Assembly (NCBI GenBank): GCA_937625935.1
Contig: OW569344.1
Location: 1-64,000 of the forward strand
Direction: 5' to 3'
DNA: 64,000 nucleotides
Source of the DNA: Tetramitus jugosus
Taxonomy: Eukaryota; Protista; Heterolobosea
Shown here: in pieces, positions 57,054-64,000 of the stretch
Layout: each line of letters starts with the position of its first letter
How positions within the stretch are numbered: the stretch's first letter is position 1
Translations under genes and position numbers: made by a program
The notes under the pieces: generated by a model
What the model saw: the letters and a program-made list of their open reading frames with translations, nothing else
Databases searched by the model: none
Told to the model about the DNA's origin: nothing

Positions 57054-57172
57054 GCCTACATTACTGAGGGTTCTCGAGTAGTCTCCTATCTCAATACTAA
57101 CTCAGCCAGATGGTGCTTAACTTCTCTATTCGAAATGGGAAGAGGTGGTTCCACCATTGTATGAACGTAGAC
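57054..57172 (-). rRNA. 5S rRNA, copy 2
   Basis: 119 nt, exact reverse complement of copy 3; T5 terminator. Confidence 0.96.
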
Positions 57173-58193
57173 ATTAACAATGTTTTTACACAGATTTTGG
57201 CCGTTTGGGCCGAAATTAGATGGAGTTGATTGGGATACTTGCTGAGGGTTTCTTTAGCTGAGAAACCATTTTTATTGGATGAACTATCCTTTCATTTTAT
57301 TGACCTAAAAAGTCTTTTCACATTTTTTGCCGGCTTCAGCTGAGCTTCTTCATGCAACTGTGCACGGATGATGGCACAAAATCTACAATACAGGCCTAAC
57401 TAGTGTGTCTGGTGTCATTTTGAAGAGGAGAGCGTATTACACTTTCTCATCCGCTGCCCAGAGCAGTGAAAAAGAGGAGCTTACTCGCCATGACAGATAG
57501 TCGACTCAATGGGATGAAAAAGACAATAGATGCCAAGAAAACCAAAATTTGTGATTAAGCACGAATAGTGCGAAGCGGAGGTGTCTCACAACCCTCCACA
57601 AACGATTCCCTGTTGAGTGCGAGGAAGCAAAAAGAGTAAGGAACGAACTGGTACAGGAATCCACGACCACACTAGACAAGATCTGATTTGACGACGTGAT
57701 ATGTATCGATATGAAACTCTTGCTCCATGTCTCATCCGTTACCTTCATTTCTAGCGATGAAGAGAGTCTTTGGTTTGTATCTTCCTTGTAAGATGAATAG
57801 GTGATGAAGGGTGTCGATACACCTCCTCTTCGCCCTGTTCACGAATGTTCTAGCTTTCTTTTCCACCGTGACCTTCTTCACTCCGTTCATTCCCAAACCC
57901 TTTGTTACTTGTTCCGCTCCTTCATTATCCACACCCATCATACCTAGGAGACACTCTTTTCTTGTCTTTCGGGGTCCGTCCCTTTACCTGCCACAACATT
58001 ATCAAACCATCGGTTGATTTGTTGTTTATGATGGATACCCAGCGTGTCAAGTTCTTTCCCGACCGACAAAGCCAGCTTTTCACGAGAGAAACTGCATGAA
58101 AGGCAAAGAAGATGCCATACAAAAATGTTCTCAGTTACGACTCCATCTAACTTCGGCCGACCCTGCCAAAATCTGTGTAAAAACATTGTTAAT

Positions 58194-58312
58194 GTCTACG
58201 TTCATACAATGGTGGAACCACCTCTTCCCATTTCGAATAGAGAAGTTAAGCACCATCTGGCTGAGTTAGTATTGAGATAGGAGACTACTCGAGAACCCTC
58301 AGTAATGTAGGC
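58194..58312 (+). rRNA. 5S rRNA, copy 3
   Basis: gtctacgttcatac...aatgtaggc followed by ttttt; box A-like AGTTAAGC. Confidence 0.96.
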
Positions 58313-59664
58313 TTTTTACTTAGCCTTGCTCTTGTAACTGTGGGCTTTTGTTTGTTTTCTGGAATTAGGAGCCAAAAGCCTGGTATTCCTAGAAGCAAGC
58401 ACTATGAGTTTACTACTCACAATAACAACAGTGAATCGAAGAGTGGGAAAGCCATTTAATCATACAGTATTGGGTGGTTAGTGGTGAGAACAGCTTTCCA
58501 CCCAATTCCCTCTTCTGATCGATCTTGATGTCATTTTGTTAGATTCCGTTTGAACCATTGAACAGCCTAAAACCGACTCTGGTCGCTTCGTTGAGAAGAA
58601 AGTTGCAAAATGAGAGAGCGTTCAGAAAGTTCTCAAGACAATTGATGCTAGTACAATACCTCATTTATGGGGAGTCAGTGGATTGGTTGTATACCCATTC
58701 CCACATGGTTTATGAAATTGAGTGGTGAGAAGAAAGAGCAAGTGACAAGCCCAAACTGTGAGTTACACACCTCGATGAGTTGAGTGTGTAACAATTCCGA
58801 GTGAATCTTCTTCACTGGCAATCTCATACATGTCGGTCTCGGTGTTTTATATGACCAAAGATGCGGACTCGGACAGCTTTGTACACTCAACCTGGTTAAG
58901 ATTTGGACAACCGATCATCGAAACGACTCTTCCATTGAGACACGCGTAAAAAATTTACCAAATGTATTCAGGTAAACGTGTCAGCCCAAAGCACAACACC
59001 ACCATAAATAATCAAGGGGAGTAACTCCGATCGCACAATTTTTCTTTTTCTCCTGCTGCAACTCTAACGTTTGACATTTGTGTTGGGCATATTGCTGTGA
59101 GATGGACCCATGCATGGTTGTAAAGGTAGCTAGCTATCACTCATCACATGTCTAATAGGACTTCCTCTCACCAAGAAGGGGAACAGCCCGGCTTATTAGG
59201 GACGTTAAACAGGCAACCGAGACCTAAACGATAGGGTGATCCCTCTTCTAGTTACACCTAAAAACATATTGAAGCTCGAGTTGTTGTTGCTACCTACCAC
59301 ACAGCCAGTACCCAACCTCTATTTCAACTTAATCCTCCTCAAGCGACACCACTCGTTTTCTTTGTGTGTCCACAACTCCCCAAAAAAAAGAAGAAGAAAC
59401 ACTTTTGTGCAACAACGGACGGACGTTTTATTAGAAGAGTCAACAATTATTGAAAGCTGTTGTCACACAACAAACAAACAACAAACAAACGACACCACAC
59501 TCCGCAACATCCAACAACATCCAACAATAACACCAGCGTGTTTTGCGTTTTTTCTCCAAAAGTTAGAAAACAAGCTAAATTAATTATTACATAGCCAATT
59601 AACAACAACAACAGCAACAAAGAAGAACAACCATACATATACATATACATACAATAATCAAATC

Positions 59665-62600
59665 ATGTCGCTCAGTGAATATGTGAAGAGAGATGACTTG
59701 CGAGAACTGTATCACTATCCAATGAAGGAAGCCAGCAAGAGACTAGGTGTATCAGAGAGCTCACTGCGTAATATTTGTCGAAAGCATGGCGTGGATCGAT
59801 GGCCCTACAGAAAGGTACGTTTCTTCTAACAAAAAGCTTATTTTCCGTGTGTTTGACACCAGACAGTTTTTGGTCTGTCATGTGTGTACGGTTTTTTTGG
59901 CGCGCAATGCACTCACACTTTTTTTCAACGCACTGTTTGCTACATGTATTGTATACTCGTGATATGTATAGTTTCAACAATTGGATGCGCACATTGAGTC
60001 ACTCAAATGTGTTGATTCGCATCAGTCACAAACAATTGAAGAAAGTGTGAGAACCAATGAGATGATTTCGAGTCTCGAAGGCGCGCGAAAAATTTTGGAG
60101 AATGAGCCCAATATCTCACTCGAAATTGCAATCATCAAGGCCAACAGATTGTTGCAACAAAACAATCGACCACATCATCATTTTGCGGTTGATGAGTTGC
60201 CTGCATTGCAACAACCTAATGCATCCACCACAACTACAGCTACAGCTACAGCTACAGTATCATCCAATGATGAATCACCATTGTCACCTTCATCAATCAA
60301 CAACAACAATAGTGGTGGTGCGGTGACGACTAATAATGTTAATAATGCGAATAATGGCAATAACAACAACAACAACAACAATAGTGGAAGCAATCGTCCT
60401 TACTTTTTAAACTTTTTAAAGATTGAAACCAATCAAAACAATCAGAACAATCATGTCAACAACAATAACAACAACAATAACAATACCATGATGCTCAATC
60501 ATCATCATCATCATAATAATAATCAAAGTACAGGCATTGTCAATAAGCCTCGCAGTTATAGTGCTGGTCCTTCCACCTATCACCACCCATCTTCTTATCA
60601 ATCACTGCAGCAACAACAACAAAAATTGCAGCAGCAACAACAACAGTTGCAACACTTGTTGATCAACAGACAATCTCAACAACAGCCACAGCAGCAGCAA
60701 CAACAACAACAGAATGGAACGAGAGCATACTCTGCACCAACACCTACCACTACCTCTGCTACTTCTCTATCATCATCACCCTCATCATCACCTACTTCAA
60801 CAAGTGTGAACAACAATTCATCTACTGCTACAGCTACTACTACTTCTGCCAATCCAATGCTCGAATTTTCAAGCATGTTGTCCGATAGTATTGACTTGTT
60901 GAATCGTCACAAGCAGCAACAGCAGCATCAACAACAGCATCAACATCAGCAACAGCAACAGCAACAGCAACAACAACAACAACAGCAGAGTGATCTACAG
61001 CAAGTGAATTCTAGACAGAGACGATCCTACTCTATGAATTCACACTTTCAGAGAGCCACTCCACTCATTCAACAGATTCAGTATCGAAATGCATTGAGTC
61101 AATCACCGATTGATGCATCACACACAAACAACTCTGCAAATGTGAATGCCAATGCTGCTACTACTGCTGCTGCTGTTACTACGACGACGTCTACCTCTCC
61201 TAGGACAACAACACCAACGTCTCCACAGTCATCTCCACTGTCACCTCCCTCACCAATGTCAACCAATGATTACGCATCTCCGTCGACATCTCCACTCTCA
61301 TCCTCACCATCTTCACCATCTTCGATGAGTGGTACGAGAAGAACTCGTTCTCGTTCAGGAAACTCGGCCTACAGTCCATACTATAACAAGACTACGACAA
61401 TGATGTTGAATTTGTTGAGCAATAGTGGCAGTAGCAACAGTAACAATAGCAATCATGTGAACAGTGGTGCTAATAATGGAAATACTCATGGTGCCAGTAG
61501 TCCATCTGCAATTCACAACTCGATGAACAATTTGTCTCTGAATGGTCATCATGAGAGTGCTGACAGTGAAATGAGTGATGCGCAGTCTGTGTATCAGCAA
61601 CAACAACAACAACAGCAGCCACAACAACAGCAGCAACAGCAACAACAGCAAATGTATGGCATGTACTCCCCACTGTCAAACAATGTCAACAATGGTGGCA
61701 ATGGAGCAGTAGCATCGTCCAACAACAACAATGCTGTGATCATGAGTGAGCAACCAATGGATTACAGGTTCCAACCGTTGACACCATCATCGGATGAAGT
61801 GAAATCATTGGGCAGAGGCAGGAGTAAGAGTGATAGACACATTGTGTACAAGTATCATCAAATTGCTGCTCAAGAACAACAGCAACAGCAGCAGCAACAA
61901 CACAATGTCATGCAACAAATGCAGCAACAGCAACAACAGCAACAGCAATCATATGGATTCCCAACAGCAGACAACATGTCATCAATGAATCATATGATGG
62001 CTGGTTTCAACTCGAACATGAATACTTACCAAGTTGCCCCTCAACAGTTCCAACATCAACAGCAGCACACGCAACTCAACAATGGCTCTGCCTACATGTC
62101 GAACTTTAACTTTGGACAGTCGCATCCTGCAGCCATGCAGCAACAGCAACAGCAGTTGCATCAGCACAATTTGGTGCATTATGAAGGAATGCCATCCAAT
62201 ATGCCGGTTTCATTCCAAGCACATAATTTTGTGCAACATGATCAGAATTTGCTCGACTCCTTCTTGCTCAGTTCTGCTCTGGGTAATGGTAGTGAAGAGG
62301 GACATGAGGCCATGATGCTCAGTGATAAGATACCGGAGAGTACTGAAAGTTCAATCATGAGTAGTCTCATTAACAACAACCAGCATGCTCCATCCACATC
62401 TCAGCCACAAGCTCAGAATTTTATACCATCCAATTGGCAACAGGCAGACATCAATTCATTCAACTTTGGCAATGTCGATTCAGCGAATCGTTTAGTTGGT
62501 ACTGATCCATCGAGTTTTATGACAGACCAGTTTGATGAGCTGCCTCAGTTCCACTCATCGTCATCATCCAATGCCATGCTTCAGAGTGGAACAGGATGGC

Positions 62601-62668
62601 CACCACAGGGAACTTCGGCCAATGATTTGTTATCCAATTTCCCTTACGATGATAATACCGAGTGGTAA
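59665..62668 (+). CDS. RWP-RK domain transcription factor with poly-Q/N tail, 2 exons
   Basis: Exon 1 (59665-59814; missing from the ORF track) encodes LRELYHYPMKEASKRLGVSESSLRNICRKHGVDRWPYRK; phase-0 intron 59815-59971. Confidence 0.92.
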
Positions 62669-63088
62669 ACAAGATGGACATTTGTACATAAGATGTAGTT
62701 TACAATAAATTTTGCGGCAATTCCTAACAAACATCTTCCTTCACGACTCCAGTTTGTTGCTACTGTTCATCTTCCCCCTGAAAATTTTCAACCAATTCGG
62801 TGAAGGCACCAAAGATACAACAAAATTTCGAGGTGTATCTTCCATCTGATTAACTGGTTGCTGGCTGACACCTGATTGAAAGAAAACCGAAAGCATTCAT
62901 AATTGGAGCCTCCTTCACACAAGGAACCAACTGTAAACGGAATCTTCAGCCACGTGTTTTCCCTGCTTGTCTTTTACGACAAGAATAACTCTCAAATTCC
63001 GCGTGCTCTTTGCCCACAAAACCTCAAAAACTCTCTTCAACAAAAAAATCAAACAACAACAAACGAACAACACAATCACAACAAAAAA

Positions 63089-63811
63089 ATGTTTGAGAGC
63101 GCTGAACAACAACAACAACCATCCAACTCATCCACAACAAAAGCTCTATTTGACTTTTCTCACTTGAGTCAACATGTTCAAAATCACTTGCTCAAAGTGT
63201 ATGCCAACATGGCTGTTACCATTGGTTTCAGTGTACTAGGTTCATACACTGCCATTCGATTTCCTCACTTGGTCTCCGTTCCATTGATGATCATTCTATC
63301 CATCGTCTCTCTCATTGCCATTGCTTGGTCATCCAATCCAGTGTACAGAAAATCATTCTTGTATGCGTTTGGATTGTGCAAGGGTGTTACATTGGCTCCA
63401 CTCATTCAACATTCACTTGCTGTTGACCCCAATTTGGTTGCTATTGCACTCTTTTCCACGACTCTTATTTTTGTGAGTTTCTCCGCTTCTGCACTCTTGT
63501 CCAATAAGAGACAGTACATTTATTTGGGTGGAATGTTGAGCTCTGCACTGTCTTTGATGCTGTTCTTGTCCATTGTGAATATGTTTGTTCAGACGAATGC
63601 GTTGACATTGGTTCAATTGTATGGTGGATTGATTGTGTTTTGTGGCTATATTCTCTATGATACGCAAATGATTGTGGAAAAGTGCAAGAATGGAATGAAG
63701 GATGATGTGGCACATGCACTCGAATTGTACACTGACTTTGTCGCAGTGTTTGTTCGTATTTTGATCATTTTGAACAAGAACAAGGAAAAGTCTAGCAAGA
63801 AGAAGAAATAA
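63089..63811 (+). CDS. TMBIM6: Bax inhibitor-1 (TMBIM6)
   Basis: HL.KVY, F..FS.SAL...R.Y.YLGG.L, LYGGL.VF.GY.LYDTQ.IVEK, HAL.L.TDFV..F.RIL.IL and basic tail. Confidence 0.93.
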   Translation: MFESAEQQQQPSNSSTTKALFDFSHLSQHVQNHLLKVYANMAVTIGFSVLGSYTAIRFPHLVSVPLMIILSIVSLIAIAWSSNPVYRKSFLYAFGLCKGVTLAPLIQHSLAVDPNLVAIALFSTTLIFVSFSASALLSNKRQYIYLGGMLSSALSLMLFLSIVNMFVQTNALTLVQLYGGLIVFCGYILYDTQMIVEKCKNGMKDDVAHALELYTDFVAVFVRILIILNKNKEKSSKKKK

Positions 63812-64000
63812 ACTAACTGATGATCCATTGTACTATAATTGTCAATATCTACCTTCTTTTGGCTTCATCATATGGTGATTGAGTTGATTTTCGATAGAAC
63901 GATACTTCTGAGCCAACAAAAGCTCGGTTTCACATTTCACTTCACAACTGTGGGACTCAGGCTCAGTTCAGCTATCTGGTACTCATCAACAGCACCCGCT

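Noticed and set aside
57892-57900. CCCAAACCC between the 5S genes as a telomerase RNA template
   Set aside because: A 9-mer is expected by chance in 64 kb; no supporting structure or terminator was seen.
58375-58394. Fourth 5S fragment (aaagcctggtattcctag resembles the reverse complement of other 5S 3' ends)
   Set aside because: Does not match this organism's 5S and the similarity does not extend.
12719-62315. Numerous antisense and nested ORFs in the track (e.g. 12719-13396, 13510-14151, 43575-44267, 60178-60393)
   Set aside because: Shadow frames of real genes or of trinucleotide repeats, with no motifs.
1-64000. Alternative genetic code or tRNA genes
   Set aside because: Conserved genes are open in the standard code and genes end in TAA, TGA or TAG; GTTCGA-like hits (22524, 56904, 12571) lack cloverleaf context.

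Overview
Left end of a chromosome from a gene-dense, intron-poor, standard-code protist. It is probably a flagellated heterolobosean (Naegleria-like); this is an inference from gene content (CFAP91, TPLATE, CIPK, RWP-RK, protoglobin), short GT-AG introns, poly-Q/N/H tracts and the TTTGGG telomere. Bases 1-743 are a (CCCAAA)n telomere. About 0.75-11.4 kb is a subtelomeric mosaic: short repeats, telomere-like fold-backs, a dead APE+RT LINE whose 5' end faces the telomere, and a three-gene CMC/EnSpm(Plavaka)-like DNA transposon whose DDE transposase ORF is still open. From 11.5 kb there are about 25 tightly packed protein genes: RCC1-repeat secreted protein, DBP7 with a 2-nt frameshift, MPST, TPLATE, F-box/Rab fusion, LIN9, DAK, two-domain adenylyl cyclase, CDF transporter, pelota, CAP protein, 7TM protein, protoglobin, bZIP, RPL18, CIPK, CFAP91, RluA-type pseudouridine synthase, RWP-RK and BI-1. 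Three solitary 5S rRNA genes with shared flanks lie among them. Main observations: a telomere-repeat hairpin at the LINE 5' break; a possible LINE-inside-transposon nest bounded by a 15-bp inverted repeat; dispersed 5S cassettes; and stop codons repeatedly embedded in AATAAA. All protein calls come from motif recognition by eye; no database searches were run.
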